In this document: piece by piece, positions 13,703 to 27,600 of the stretch
How positions within the stretch are numbered: position 1 is the stretch's first letter
How the letters are laid out: the number at the start of each line of letters is the position of its first letter
Assembly: GCA_012295275.1 (NCBI GenBank)
Contig: CM022667.1
Coordinates: 20,956,001 to 21,020,000 of the forward strand
Length of the DNA stretch: 64,000 bases
Direction of reading: 5' to 3'
DNA from: Chrysomallon squamiferum
Taxonomy: Eukaryota; Animalia; Mollusca
Program-made: the position numbers and the translations under genes
Notes under the pieces: generated by a model
The model's database searches: none
What the model was told of the DNA's origin: nothing
What the model saw: the letters and a program-made list of their open reading frames with translations, nothing else

Positions 13703-15788
13703 ACTTTTAAGTCAAATGCTAAGTAAATTTAAAAAAGTAAAAAAAAAAAAAGAAAAAAAGTGAATCAGTAATAAAAGAAATAAAATTAACCCTCTTTTTC
13801 TAACAAAGGCCATTTTGAATTTTCATACGTAACTGAAAAACAATATATATATATTTTTTAAAAGTGCACTACTCAATGACATGTCCTAACAAATAGATAA
13901 AATACTCTTAAATAAAGAATGTTCTCATAGTGATTTGTTTGTTTTTCTTCTTATAAATTTATTATTAGTGAGTTTTTGTTTTCAGTTTAAAATGTTGATT
14001 TTATGAAATCAGTTATTCAGACAGTTACATAATAATCTAATGTGTTGATACCATTTACACTTCATTTCAACCACTAAATGTTTCCATTACTTTCTGTTCA
14101 CAACACTTTGGGTTTACTTTAAGACACTGCATACTGATGTTAATTTTACAATAACCTTATTTTCCTTATTTAATGAAATAATTTCTTTGAAATTCTTCAA
14201 TAATAGAACATTTATTGATATTTAGATTATAATAAAAGATTAAGAAAAAAAGTTTTGTTTATATATATATATTTAAAAAGTCTTAAAACATTCACTGGCA
14301 TTAGAGAGACTGGTGCTAAGCACATTTTCTCTGTATTTGTATGGCAAACCATAAAATGAGCTTTTTTTAATGTCAAAATGGCTGTGCCAAATTTCAGTAA
14401 CTCGGAATAAAGTAACATCACAAATACAATTTCTACAAAAAAAGATAAAAGAAGAAGTAAAAAAAAAGCACCCAATTCACAAGAGCAAAAGAGGATTTAA
14501 ATGTTTGATGTTCACTAAGAGCCTGGTTGCTATTACTTTAAACACAGTTTTCTAACTGTAGTTGCCAAATATATAAACAAATTTATTTATGCCTGCATTA
14601 TATAAAAGGAGAAATAATATTTCAAAATACACAAGTGAATAATTTATCACTATTATCAATAAGTCAAAATGAATCATGCACATAACAAAAATCACCAGGA
14701 ACGTTATTTTATAAAATAATTCTTAATCTGCTGTAGATAATCCGATAAGCAAAATAACATTAACAAAAAAAAAAAAAAAAAAAATAATAATAATAATAAA
14801 ACTGAAAGATATCCAACCAATTTTTATTTTTTTTATTAATTTATTGTTTTAAAAGTATACCATGCCACGAATGGATGAAAAACACTAACTATAATTGTAA
14901 TACTATGAATACTCTTGTAGTGGATTAGAAGGTTATAATGGACTTTGTACAAAAGGAATACTCGTCTCAGTCAAAAAAATTAAAATAAAGGAAATGACCT
15001 TAGCAGTAACAGTTTTTAGTCTGTCTTAAGTTTTACAATTTAAAAAAATACTTAATGTTTTGGGGGTTATTTAATCATATCAGATCTAAACAGCTATAAT
15101 TTCATGAATTAAATCAACTACCTTTAAATCAGTTTAATATATATATATATATATATTAGTTTTAATTTTAAAAAATTAAAAAACAGAAAAACAAACAAAA
15201 AAATGGCACAGTGTTAATCCAATTTCATTGTTTCAGTTACATTTTATTTTCACCTACAGCTAAAAGGTGCGACAGAAGAGAATGCCAGGATGAAATGCAG
15301 TTTGCACCCATTCATATTTCCCATCCAGCTTCACAAACTGCATGTATAAAACACTTCTTATGATAAATCAATAAAAAAAATTCCTGTGGTCTCTCTAATA
15401 ATAAATAAAAATAAATTCAAAAACATATTTGATACTCAGTAACTGTTATTGTTAAAATGTATTAAATAACCATTCACATAATTATATCTGTAACAAATAA
15501 CAATGACAATCTGATATCAAACTAATATCCGTAATGTAATTAGTAACTGAGCAGCTGCAAACATATCAAAAGTTATTTCCTGTGTTTTTGTTGTACATCT
15601 GGAAAACCTATAGAAAAATTTATGTTATTAACAAATAATGTACAAAATCCATTACACCTCATAAAAATTGATACCTGTATGAAAAACCAAATAGAAATAA
15701 TTGTACATTAATTTTATGAAGTTAATATAAAATATAAATGTAAATACAATTGATCTGGCTTGTTCAACAGTGAATACAGATGACATAA

Positions 15789-15821
<33 letters not shown>

Positions 15822-16093
15822 TATTGAATAAAATTTATGATCTAATCTTGTCTAATTTATTGTTATCAAACGGACAAACAAGCTTCATTATTACATTTTA
15901 AATATCCAAAAAATGTAATGCATAAAAAGCAAATGCATGTACTGTGCAAATGAAAACTAGTTAGAGCTATTAGGGTAAAGGTAATGGTTTTAAAATGTTG
16001 TTGTAAAGCAGATAAAAAGCTGCCCTATACAGTAGAAAAAGTCAATGCATTATTACGTCAGGTAGAAACACCAATAAGCGGAGCTGTAACTGT

Positions 16094-16107
16094 TGAGGTA
16101 GTATTGT
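16094..16107 (-). promoter_or_regulatory. let-7 target site (8mer extended to nt 1-10, plus 3' supplementary match)
   Basis: Plus strand reads TGAGGTAGTA-TTGT; let-7 is UGAGGUAGUA-GG-UUGU. The minus-strand mRNA is therefore complementary to let-7 nt 1-10 and 13-16. Confidence 0.75.
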
Positions 16108-16272
16108 GACGAGGCAAAAGCCACACACATGTACATGATGTGAAGCAAAACAAAAATATATATATATATATATATATTCTTATAAGGTTTTAAACCTTAA
16201 CTTCTATAAGCTGTGTATCTGCAATCACTGAAATTGTCTTACAATTTGTTATATATATATATATATGTATGC

Positions 16273-16376
<104 letters not shown>

Positions 16377-18482
16377 AGAAAGTAACAACTACAAAGTTAC
16401 ACTAATTCAACAATAACAGGATTGACAATTTATGATAAAATGTAAATCATAAAAAATTCAGATAATTATCACCTACATCTTCCACAGATAAATCTAATGC
16501 ATACAAAACAGCAAACTGTGAAGTTCATATATTAGTGTACTTTATAATGTACTTTATAAGTGAAACTTCAGATTCAAAACTGATGTTTTTCATACTTAAT
16601 AATAAAGTAAAACTTTGACATATAGGATAGCGTTAAAACATTTTCATATTTACTTCTGATTTTTAAAATCACCTTATCTTTAATATGTAAATTTTTCACA
16701 GTGTGCATATACATTATGATTCAAACCTTTTCAAAAGGTTTTAGTTTTACACAGATTAAAATACTGAAAGTAGCTGAAGCAGAAAATGCTCAATGTATGC
16801 TGTTATTGTATCATTTGTTTCCTTACAAGCCTGAATTCTGGTTTACATAAAGCCTTTACAAACTGCATGAACCATGATTTCATTCATTTACACAACAAAT
16901 TTGAAATTAGAGAATGTTTATTTAATACAATTAGATTTTATATAAATAAATAAATAAATAATAGTAAAAATAACAATAACAAAACAATAATAAAATAATA
17001 TATATTCTTTACAGGTTAATAAAATTTAGAATTTTCAGAAGTATAATCAACTTCTGCACCCCACTCCTCAGTGTGACAAAAACATCTCATATAGCTTTCA
17101 GAGGAATTTCAAATTTCACTGGAACACCAGAATGCACCACCTATATGTCTAAACATGAAATATTTTACAATAAAAGCCTACACAATCTATGTTTCGTGCT
17201 TAGAAGATCAGCATAAATTATTTAGTGATTATTTCAATAATGCATATTTTTCTACAATGTAAACATAAAAGTATGATATAAAATTTATACATTAAAAACC
17301 TTTTGGCCAACTAAGAAATAAATAATCAACTTTTAAAACCATGGGGAAGAAAGAGAGAGAAAGAGAGAGAGAAAAATGTAAACCAAAAACATGAAATGTA
17401 CACTAATTAACACCAGAAATCTAAATACAATATACATTTTTGCAGAAATCAAAATAAAATATACATTTTTGCAGAAATCTAAATTCATAATGCATTTGTT
17501 AATTATCAACAGAAAAAAAAAAAAAAGTATAATAGCTGCAAAACTTTTATTAAAAACAAACTGGGTTGCATGGATTTTCCTTCAGGCACATTCCTAACAA
17601 CTATGTAGTCATTGGTTTTTTTATAATGTGAAAAATTTCTGGTTTATTTTTATAAGTTATGATAAATTATAAAGTAAAACAGTATTGTATTACATGTTTA
17701 GTTTAAATTTACTTTAGTGGTTAGAAGTGGCATGCAGATCAGTACCTCACTGATATATGTATGTATGTATGTGTGTGTATGTAATATAACATTTTTTTTT
17801 TTTTTAAACAAAAAGATACATGGAAAGTAAAAGACTTACACCATATTATTATAACTTCAAACTTTTTTTAAGCACAAAAACGTCTGTGTATAAAATTATA
17901 TATTTATATCACACATAAAAGGTTCCTTTAAGTCTGTAGAAAACAAAAACTTTTATGGACAGCTATCATGTTGTCCGCACACAAGTTTAATGTACAAATT
18001 ATTTAACAAGAGAAAAGAAACATCTGATAAAGTAATATAACTACTTTAAAATCTGTTAATCAATGTTTGTTTTCCGTTTCTGAAGCAAAGAACAATCAAC
18101 GTTATTTCTTTTTACTTATACATTAATAACAATATAATAATATTTAGTCTTGCTTTTTAAGGATAATAATTCTTTTATTCTTATTAGTCAGAATAGAATT
18201 TCAAAAAGAAAAACTATTTTATATGTTTAAAAATAGATCATGACAGTTTTATAACTTGACATTTCAAAGCTTTTTTAAAGCTTTTTCAATAGTTTTTTGG
18301 AAGTGTTAAGACAACTTTATTATTGATATTATGAGCATACTTTGTGATATGCACACAGTACTTCAGTTATCACTTAAAAATGCAGTCAGCATATGAAAAA
18401 AAAGGTGATTACAAGTGCTTGAACTATACAAATAATCAGTTTGAAAGCTTATTCAATACTGTAACTATTATCATTATAATTG

Positions 18483-18490
18483 TGAGGTAG
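18483..18490 (-). promoter_or_regulatory. let-7 8mer target site
   Basis: Plus strand TGAGGTAG = mRNA CUACCUCA, downstream of the lin-41 stop. Confidence 0.65.
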
Positions 18491-19505
18491 CACAAATAAT
18501 CACATTAGAGTATGAGAAACCATTCAACTTTCAAAAAATATATTTAAAAACCAGAAAATTATTATAAACAAAAATATAATTCTAATACTTACACATGAAG
18601 TAAAATGCAAATCTTAAACATTCTTACAATTTCTGCAAGTTTTCCCTGAAGCAGAAAATGTAAGTTGTTTTTGTTGTTTTTAACCACATGACTTTGTTTT
18701 GCTCTTTTAAACTATTTCATTAATCTTTCTGCCTGGAAGCAATAAAAGTGAATTTTCAAATGCATTTGAAAATGTCTTTGCTCACTACAATTTGTTTTCT
18801 ATTTCTAATGTAATTATAGAAATAATTGTGCTACATGTAAGAGAGCTTAAAAATAATAGCAATAATAATAATTAAAAAATTGTAATGGTAAATGAATAAA
18901 TAAATAAATAAAATAATAAAACAAGATTAACAAGAATAATTACCACATGTAATTTTGTTATTTTTATAATTATTGATCTTCAGGTTTTATTATTGATAAT
19001 AAAAAAAAGTATACATTTTCATTCACAAGCATTAAACAAATTTAAAATTTAAATTAGGTTAATTTTTGTATATTATGTACCTTTGACAAACATAATAAAA
19101 AAAAGCTACATAACTTTTTTGAAATTTAAGCCTAAATCACTTTCAATATGATTCTAGAAACAATACCAAACTTATATTACTTTCTGGAATATAACTAAAG
19201 CAAGAATGTACATTAAAGCATTGTAAACTAATACATGTTTCAAAAACTTTTCCCTAAATCATGAACATATATTAGTACAAAATTAAACACAACAATGAAT
19301 AATTCTGATGAGTCACAATTATATAAGCCGTGTTTCTAATGCAATTTTTTCTTTTACTTATGAGGCTATCTAAATAAGGATTTGTACTTACAAATAGGCA
19401 TGAGGCACCTGCTGCCTGATATTCTGCCTGGCAGATAATAAAAACAAATATTTAAAACAGTTTATAACTGTTGTTGTAACAATAAAACATAAAAACTGGG
19501 TCCAG

Positions 19506-19513
19506 TGAGGTAG
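19506..19513 (-). promoter_or_regulatory. let-7 8mer target site
   Basis: Plus strand TGAGGTAG = mRNA CUACCUCA, downstream of the lin-41 stop. Confidence 0.65.
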
Positions 19514-20770
19514 ACCTTGGTGTGTCTTATATATGTCAGTGAAGGAACATGGTAACTATGTTAAACCCGACCTGCGTGAAATATAAAAATGAGCTAGATT
19601 TATTATTAATAATAGAAATACAATAATAATAACAATGGCTTCTTTCAGAACCCCACAATTCATCTGTGATAAATATATTTGTATGATTTCTGGTTTCATA
19701 TTTAATTTACCAACTTATACATAAAATAAGATACAGATTATGCTAAAAGCAGTAACATGAATTAAAATGTTTAAACAAAACATATATTTGACAACACGCA
19801 CTTATAAACACCAGTGTTGAAAAATAATCCTAATAATAGCTCTCTGTCTGTAACAGGTACTAGTATATTAGAAGTTGTACAGTTTTTTTATTGGTTAACA
19901 TTTAAAACATAACATTCAAAATTAGGTTATAGGATGTCTTTGTGGCTTTTCTAAATAACTAAATGGAAATGCTTTTAAAGAAACTTTGGAGAATAATTCA
20001 TCAGCCAGAAGTAAAGAGGTATAAAATAACCTGCAGTTTTAAAAATTAACACTTTTTAAATGCCAGAAAGAAAAAAGAAAACTTCATAATAGTTACTACA
20101 TTTATACCATATATGGAAAAATTATTCTACACTCTAATTAAGCTAAGAGAAAAATAGCCATCTTGTAAATAGATGCAGCATAACCCTGCAGAAGCTTTAG
20201 CTTAATTGAATAAGCTGAACATCATATATTAAAAATGCATTTTAAACTACTGCCAAATAGTCAGTTTTTACTTTTGAAGTATGCTAGTAAAACCGAAATG
20301 ATGCATATTCCAAATATGACAGAAGTTTCCCAAAGGTGAAGGGAGATAACAGCTACTGTTACAGAACTGTGACAAACTGAAAAATAAACTACTTTTTGTC
20401 ACAAAGAAATCTTGTTTCAATCCAAATTACTACTGTGTTCTGATTTCTGAACCTGGCTTTAGTCACCTGTCAACCTACATCATGAACAGTGAAAATATTT
20501 GAAATATCTGCATGATTATAATAATGCATTATATGTAGTGTATCTTACTTTTGAATACTTTTAGAAAGATAAATATTTTTGTCATTTTGCAGTTAAAAAT
20601 TAATTTTCATCATGTATTATACCTATTTTTAATCTATTTATTCATGATGCAATTTGATGTGTTTAGGCAAGGAATGAAATCAAAACAAAATAGTTTACAA
20701 CAGAAAAATGTACATTATGCCTGTGACAGTAAAATATTTTGCAGTTATGTAGACACATACAGACAAAAAT

Positions 20771-20772
<2 letters not shown>

Positions 20773-20820
<48 letters not shown>
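20773..20820 (-). repeat. 48-nt poly(A) tract in TRIM71 sense
   Basis: 48 consecutive T on the plus strand, ~225 nt downstream of the TRIM71 stop. Confidence 0.95.
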
Positions 20821-20825
<5 letters not shown>

Positions 20826-20872
20826 AACCCATGTAACACAGGTGTAGATTCTAATTTTTTATGTAGAAATTA

Positions 20873-20880
20873 TCCCTGAG
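20873..20880 (-). promoter_or_regulatory. miR-125/lin-4 8mer target site
   Basis: Plus strand TCCCTGAG = mRNA CUCAGGGA, ~165 nt after the stop. Offset 6mers CCTGAG also at 20957 and 20977, and a 7mer-A1 at 18643. Confidence 0.65.
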
Positions 20881-21044
20881 CTGACACAATAGATAAGCCT
20901 TTGGCTCCACAATAACAATTTTTTTAAAATTTATTATTATTTTGAATTTAAATAAACCTGAGATGCAGTAAGCTTGCCTGAGCACAATGGATAAAAAGCT
21001 GACCTGAAACAATCGCAATGGCTACTTGTCTTCACATAACATTC

Positions 21045-23396
21045 TTAAAATACTTGGACACGATTGTTTCCAAAATCAACAACAATAATCAAACCATCTG
21101 GTGACACACAGATCCCAGATGGACGATCCATCTGACCAGGATTTGAACCAGGTGAACCAAATTTACACAAGAAATTTCCATTTGGCTGGAATACTTGTAT
21201 CCGATGATTGCGAGAATCAGCAACAATTATGTTTCCTTCTTGGTCGACAGCAACACCTTGAGGTCTGAGAAACTGTCCATTACCGCTCCCTTCTGTTCCC
21301 AGAAACCTTGCTGACTGAAAATCTGAATGAATGACAAGCAGCCGATGATTGTTGAAATCTGTAACAACGATGTGACCATCATGATTGAAACAAACACCAC
21401 GAGGTGAATCAAAATGCTTCCAAAGAGGACCTTCAAACCCGTATTTGTTGATGAACTGCCCTTCTGAAGTAAACAGCTGTACTCTATGATTGCGAGTATC
21501 AGACACCAGAATTCTTCCTTCAGAACTAATAGCCACATCCCAGGGATAATTGAACTGTGCATTCTTGTTGCCCTTCTCACCAAACTTCAACAGAAAGGTA
21601 CCTTCAAAACTGAAGAGCTGCACTCGATGATTATCTTTATCAGCAACAACTACTCGTCCTTGATGGTCAATGGCCACTCCAGCTGGTCGATCAAACTGAC
21701 CATTCCTTGATCCTGGAGATCCAAATTTGTGTCTAAAAGACCCATCAGGATTAAAGACTTGAATTCGATTGTTACTTCGATCTGCTACAAATATGTGTCC
21801 TTCCTTATCACAGCATACTCCCCATGGTCGACAGAGTTTTCCAAGAGCATCCCCTTCACCACCAAACTGGAAGATCAACTGGCCAATAGATGAATAATTT
21901 CGGCCACTGCGAACATTAACCATAAATGGACTGTCGTGGATGTGTTTACCTCGAACAGTTATAGAGATGATATGCTGACCTTCTGTTTGTGGTCGGTAAG
22001 TTGCTGTGTACGTCCCATTCTGACGATCTATGATTTCTGAGCGATAGAGAGCTCCTTCTGGACTCTGAATTATGATTTCAAGTGGGTCACCTCCTACTAC
22101 ACGTGGTTCACCATGGTGATCTTTTACATGTACCATGAACATGGTCAGCTTTCCTTTTAGTGCACGTTTCAATCCTTCTCCTGTAGCAATACAGTTTGGT
22201 GCATAGGCACTGCTGCTAATAAAACCCATCTTGCTAATAGCATTGTAAAGAGCCATATCTGGTGGTGTAAATAAAATGTCATCATCTTCATGAGGTTGAA
22301 GATGTCCTCGAAGCTGCCTCAAATTCTGAATTTCATCTACCATGCGATCTCTGGTTTTTAAAATATCAATGTCAGTACCCGTATTTATTAACACTTCAAC
22401 TTCTTCAACAGCCTGGTTCAGCTTTAAAAGTCCTTGTTTCAGTTCATCGACCTGAATGTGTAGAGACTTCCCCTTAACTTGACGAATCTTTTCCACACGT
22501 CGCAGCAAGTCACGCTCGCGTTCTTCTAATGATGCCATGTATCTCCGTGTTACGTTTCGCACTTCAGACATCACTGCTTGTGAACGTATTTCTACCCTTT
22601 CTGCCATTCCCTGAGTTAGGCTGATGCTCTCTTCCAAAGTTTTAATGCCAGTTTTTGCATCAGCAAGTAATTTTAGTGTAACATGTTTGGAATTTTCAAT
22701 AGCATCTTGAAGGTAAATGAAATTATGTCCTATGTGTTCTGACATTGTACATTCCCTGCAAATAGCCTGAGAACAAGTGTCACAAAATAAACGCAGAATT
22801 TCATTTGCATGTCTTTCACAAAAACTCTGAGATCGATCAGCATAAATATTTGGTGACTGGACTGCATGAAATGGTGGAGAAAACTGCAAAATGTTCAGAC
22901 GCTCTATATGATGATCTTTCGTCAGTCGAACACGCTGATGTGCCTTAACACAATTGTCACAGAGAAAATCATTGCATGTTTTACACAATGATGATGCATT
23001 GCTACCTTCATCACAAGAGCTGCACCAGTGAGTTACACCACTACTGTTCTGTCCAACACCATTTCTCCTCTCAATTTTGCCATTTTCAAAATCATCATCT
23101 GGTGAAACCATTACATCTATTATATTATTAATAAAGAAATTAGATGGCAGGCTTTCCACACCTCCGGAATTTAATGGAAATTTTTGGTGGCAAGTCGGAC
23201 AACGTAAAGTCAACTTTCCGCAAGGGCCTGGTCCGTGGGGGAGTGGCTCACCAGAACTATCTCTCAGTTCTTCTTCTAAACATTTCAAACAAAATGTATG
23301 CAGGCAGGGAAGAACTCTTGGATCTATATATCTGTTAAGACACAGTGGACATGACAGCTGCTCACCGAACGAGTCGGAAAATGCGGCGGCAGCCAT
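21045..23396 (-). CDS. TRIM71: TRIM-NHL protein lin-41/TRIM71 (E3 ligase and RNA-binding translational repressor), single coding exon, 783 aa
   Basis: Uninterrupted ORF with RING (CPLC...[10 protein letters not shown]...CPTC), B-box1 (CSSCDEG...[11 protein letters not shown]), B-box2 (CERH...CDTC...[12 protein letters not shown]), coiled coil, filamin domain (ATGEGLKRA...HIHDSPF) and six NHL repeats (LCRPWGV, FDRPAGV, FNYPWDV, FDSPRGV, FLRPQGV, MDRPSGI). The NHL motifs match those recalled for lin-41 orthologues. Confidence 0.96.
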   Translation of the reverse strand: MAAAAFSDSFGEQLSCPLCLNRYIDPRVLPCLHTFCLKCLEEELRDSSGEPLPHGPGPCGKLTLRCPTCHQKFPLNSGGVESLPSNFFINNIIDVMVSPDDDFENGKIERRNGVGQNSSGVTHWCSSCDEGSNASSLCKTCNDFLCDNCVKAHQRVRLTKDHHIERLNILQFSPPFHAVQSPNIYADRSQSFCERHANEILRLFCDTCSQAICRECTMSEHIGHNFIYLQDAIENSKHVTLKLLADAKTGIKTLEESISLTQGMAERVEIRSQAVMSEVRNVTRRYMASLEERERDLLRRVEKIRQVKGKSLHIQVDELKQGLLKLNQAVEEVEVLINTGTDIDILKTRDRMVDEIQNLRQLRGHLQPHEDDDILFTPPDMALYNAISKMGFISSSAYAPNCIATGEGLKRALKGKLTMFMVHVKDHHGEPRVVGGDPLEIIIQSPEGALYRSEIIDRQNGTYTATYRPQTEGQHIISITVRGKHIHDSPFMVNVRSGRNYSSIGQLIFQFGGEGDALGKLCRPWGVCCDKEGHIFVADRSNNRIQVFNPDGSFRHKFGSPGSRNGQFDRPAGVAIDHQGRVVVADKDNHRVQLFSFEGTFLLKFGEKGNKNAQFNYPWDVAISSEGRILVSDTRNHRVQLFTSEGQFINKYGFEGPLWKHFDSPRGVCFNHDGHIVVTDFNNHRLLVIHSDFQSARFLGTEGSGNGQFLRPQGVAVDQEGNIIVADSRNHRIQVFQPNGNFLCKFGSPGSNPGQMDRPSGICVSPDGLIIVVDFGNNRVQVF

Positions 23397-23599
23397 AGGT
23401 TAACACTTTCATTCATGAGGTAGAAATGACCCGTTTTCGTCCAAAACACCGGTCATTGTAAAAATCACATCATTCCGGTGGCTGGGAAGATTTCAGTCGA
23501 CGTTTGATATTTATACTGCGATACATAATCACAGTTCCCAAAGAGATCAAACTGGAAACGTATTTCATACATTTCAACTTACGAGGTAGATGCGGTTAA

Positions 23600-24500
23600 G
23601 GACTCTTTTCGGCGTAAATTACTATATTCTAATAATCATCGTGACTATCTACCTCACGAAGAAGGAGGCGCCATCTTCTTACAAAAATGAGGTGTGGCTA
23701 ACCTATTTTTCAACCGTCAATCACAGATTGACCAATCAAAAAGTACGTTTTATTTCTAGGACGACGAAAGATTTCTACTACTTTCATAACGACGTTCTCT
23801 TATTACATTATTTACACAATTATAAATATTTTACCTCCGATTGATGTATATAATTCTTATGCTTTGCATACGTATTATTTACAGATTTGCAGTAATTTGC
23901 TCTGTTGTCATGTCAAAATCAAAACGAAATAATATTAATGTATTAAGTGTTATAACATAAATGTATTGGAATGTAACCTCGTGTAATCTGAGCATTTTTT
24001 ATTTTTATTTTTTTTTAGTCAATATCCCGACCGGACGTTGAAAAAGGATAGTGTGTTCTGAAAGCATTCGCTAAAGAACCATTGTAAGGGAATGAAACAG
24101 AGCTGCAGTGATTTTCAGTAATAAAAACATACAATCTTGGAGTTCCTCTCATAATTTTTTTTTCGCTCTAAAATTAGCAAGAAGCATTTATCTTATTGAT
24201 GCTTAATAACAAATGAAAGTAAATTCAGAGTATGAATTCTCCATGTTTTGAGTGTATAGTATTTACTAATTTAGGGGATGAAATTTATTTTATTTATTAC
24301 AACTATAACACAGACTCGTACGCAGTAATTTAAATGGGGGGCGGGGTCCGGCGCTATCGACTGTCCAGAGGAACAATTAACGCCATTGATTACAGCTCAT
24401 TTCTCTTACACATTACGATGTGGGATCCACGATAACCGCGAAAACGTCATTCATTTCACATCGTCGGACTTTCTTTCGTCTTTTTCTTCTTTTTTATATA
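23600..24500. promoter_or_regulatory. Divergent promoter region between TRIM71 and FAXDC2-like
   Basis: CpG-rich interval between head-to-head start codons (23396 minus, 24508 plus). YY1-like AAGATGGCG on the minus strand at 23669-23677, CCAAT at ~23732, GC box GGGGCGGGG at ~24338-24346. Confidence 0.6.
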
Positions 24501-24507
24501 CACATCC

Positions 24508-24580
24508 ATGGACAGACCTCGGTAATGTGATAGTCATCATATTGGTTATTTACGTGTGTGTGTGTGTGTGTTGACATTTT

Positions 24581-24614
<34 letters not shown>

Positions 24615-24616
24615 AA

Positions 24617-24670
<54 letters not shown>

Positions 24671-27600
24671 TATTATTTATTTATTTATTTATTTGTTTAT
24701 TTATTTACCTTTTTTCTTTTCTTTTTTTGGTATTGCCAACAAACTAAATAGTTGAATTTTAAAAAAATTATATTTACTACATAAGCTGTAATAAAAATAT
24801 AAAAGAGAAAGATATGAATAATAACATAATGATTTTTATGCAGGGTACCCTGAGACATGAAAACTATTTCAAAGGTTTCACAAGAGTAAAAGGTTGAGAA
24901 GCGCTGCTCTGCATGTAGAAACCTCATATCAAAAGTTCTGCAGTTTAGTTAAGAAAAATAAAAAAATGGAATAATGGTGTGAAAGGAATGATGTTTTCAC
25001 TGTTATTGCAGATCCCACGCTGTAATGCACAGAAAAAATGAGCTGTAACCAACATCATTAAACTTGTATCAAATGTTTTCATAAATACATATTACATTAT
25101 TAGTCTTTATTGTGCGATAAACATAGTTTTCATAGTTGTATAATATTCATTAATACATTGTGTAGTAAATGTAGTTTTCATAACTGCATGTCATTCCTAA
25201 TAATATATTTTGTTATAAATAGTTTTAATAAATGAATTTATAACTGGTAGCCCCAGAAAGTTGGTCAAGCCTTGTGTTTGTCTTTCACCCAGTGAGCTGG
25301 AGTAGCATCATTTACCAAGTAATTGATTCTCTGTTGCTACCTTTAATAATAATAATAATAATAATAATAGTTATCGTAGTTACTGAACAGTATTCCCCAA
25401 CAGTATTTCAAATAATATTTTATAACGGTGGCTGTTATCACTGTACCTAATTTTAATGTTATTTTGCAGATAATAATAATATACTTGTGATAAATTCCTT
25501 TATCAGAGGATTGCTTATGCAGAATAGAAAATAAATTTGGACTTTGATTTCATTTTCACATATCGTATCTGACATCTTAACAACCTTATTTCACTGGTAG
25601 ACTGACTGTATCAGGTGAAAGGAGTTTGATAAATGATGGTTTATAAAGAATTAACATTGATGTTTGGTGACAGTTTTGCATCAATTTCAATAATAGGTAA
25701 GATGATTGTCAGATATTTGTATTTTGTGTGTAACTACAATTCTTTAAAGTAATCCTGCTCACACAGTTCAGCAAGTAACTGCTGGATGATTAACTTTAGC
25801 ATAGTTTATATTTTGAATATCTCAGTAAGGTAAATAGTCCATTCTTTTTCCTATCAGGTCATTAAGAAAATGGAAGGAATCTCATTAATTCAGTTTATAA
25901 TATTAATTACAATGAAGAATTCTAAACTTGAATATTAATCTTTTGAATCAATTTTTTTTTTTTTAATTAAAGGTTCCTTACTGCTTTTGTTTGTAACATT
26001 TTGGACACTAGGGACATTTTTCCTCTTTGTTGATATAACTGGCCGACCACAGTGGGTTACAAAGTATAAAACACAGCCAGGAGTCAACCAGCCGGTGAGT
26101 TTATTGTTTTTCCTTATTTCATTAATATCCAATTACAGTTAACAAAAATTTAAATGTATAATTTAAAACCTGCATCAGTGTTTATATGAACATATTTTTT
26201 TTAAACTGTAACAGTCAAAACTAACTATAAGAGATGCATACCGTAAGACATAGACATACTTGTACGATGAACAGTCAAAACCTAACTGTAACAGATGCAC
26301 ACACTTGCATTATCAAGTCAAAATATACCTATAATGCTCAACAGTCAAAACATAACTGTAAGAGATAGACATACCTGTATGATCAACAGACAAAACATAA
26401 CTGTAAGAGATAGACATACGTGTATGATCAACAGACAAAACATAACTGTAAGAGATAGACATACCTGTATGATCAACAGACAAAACATAACAGTAAGAGA
26501 TAGACATACCTGTATGATCAACAGAAAACATAACTGTAAGAGATAGACATACCTGTATGATCAACAGACAAAACATAACTGTAAGAGATAGACATACCTG
26601 TATGATCAACAGAAAACATAACTGTAAGAGATAGACATACCTGTATGATCAACAGACAAAACATAACTGTAAGAATTAGACATACGTGTATGATCAACAG
26701 ACAAAACATAACTGTAAGAGATAGACATACGTGTATGATCAACAGACAAAACATAACTGTAAGAGATAGACATACGTGTATGATCAACAGACAAAACATA
26801 ACTGTAAGAGATAGACATACCTGTATGATCAACAGACAAAACATAACTGTAAGAGATAGACATACCTGTATGATCAACAGACAAAACATAACTGTAAGAG
26901 ATAGACATACCTGTATGATCAACAGACAAAACATAACTAAGAGATAGACATAATGATCAACAGACAAAACATAATAAGAGATAGACATACCTGTATGATC
27001 AACAGAGAAAACATAACTGTAAGAGATAGACATACCTGTATGATCAACAGACAAAACATAACTGTAAGAGATAGACATACGTGTATGATCAACAGACAAA
27101 ACATAACTGTAAGAGATAGACATACGTGTATGATCAACAGACAAAACATAACTGTAAGAGATAGACATACCTGTATGATCAACAGACAAAACATAACTGT
27201 AAGAGATAGACATACCTGTATGATCAACAGACAAAACATAACAGTAAGAGATAGACATACCTGTATGATCAACAGACAAAACATAACTGTAAGAGATAGA
27301 CATACCTGTATGATCAACAGACAAAACATAACTGTAAGAGATAGACATACCTGTATGATCAACAGAAAACATAACTGTAAAGAGATAGACATACCTGTAT
27401 GATCAACAGACAAAACATAACTGTAAGAATTAGACATACCTGTATGATCAACAGACAAAACATAACTGTAAGAGATAGACATACCTGTATGATCAACAGA
27501 CAAAACATAACTGTAAGAGATAGACATACCTGTATGATCAACAGAAAACATAACTGTAAGAGATAGACATACCTGTATGATCAACAGACAAAACATAACT

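Noticed and set aside
16094-16115. let-7 gene on the plus strand
   Set aside because: Only the first 10 nt match mature let-7 and no precursor hairpin is visible. It is better explained as a target site on the minus-strand mRNA.
21227-23403. Alternative-frame and antisense ORFs inside TRIM71
   Set aside because: Shadow ORFs of a GC-richer coding region with no recognisable motifs.
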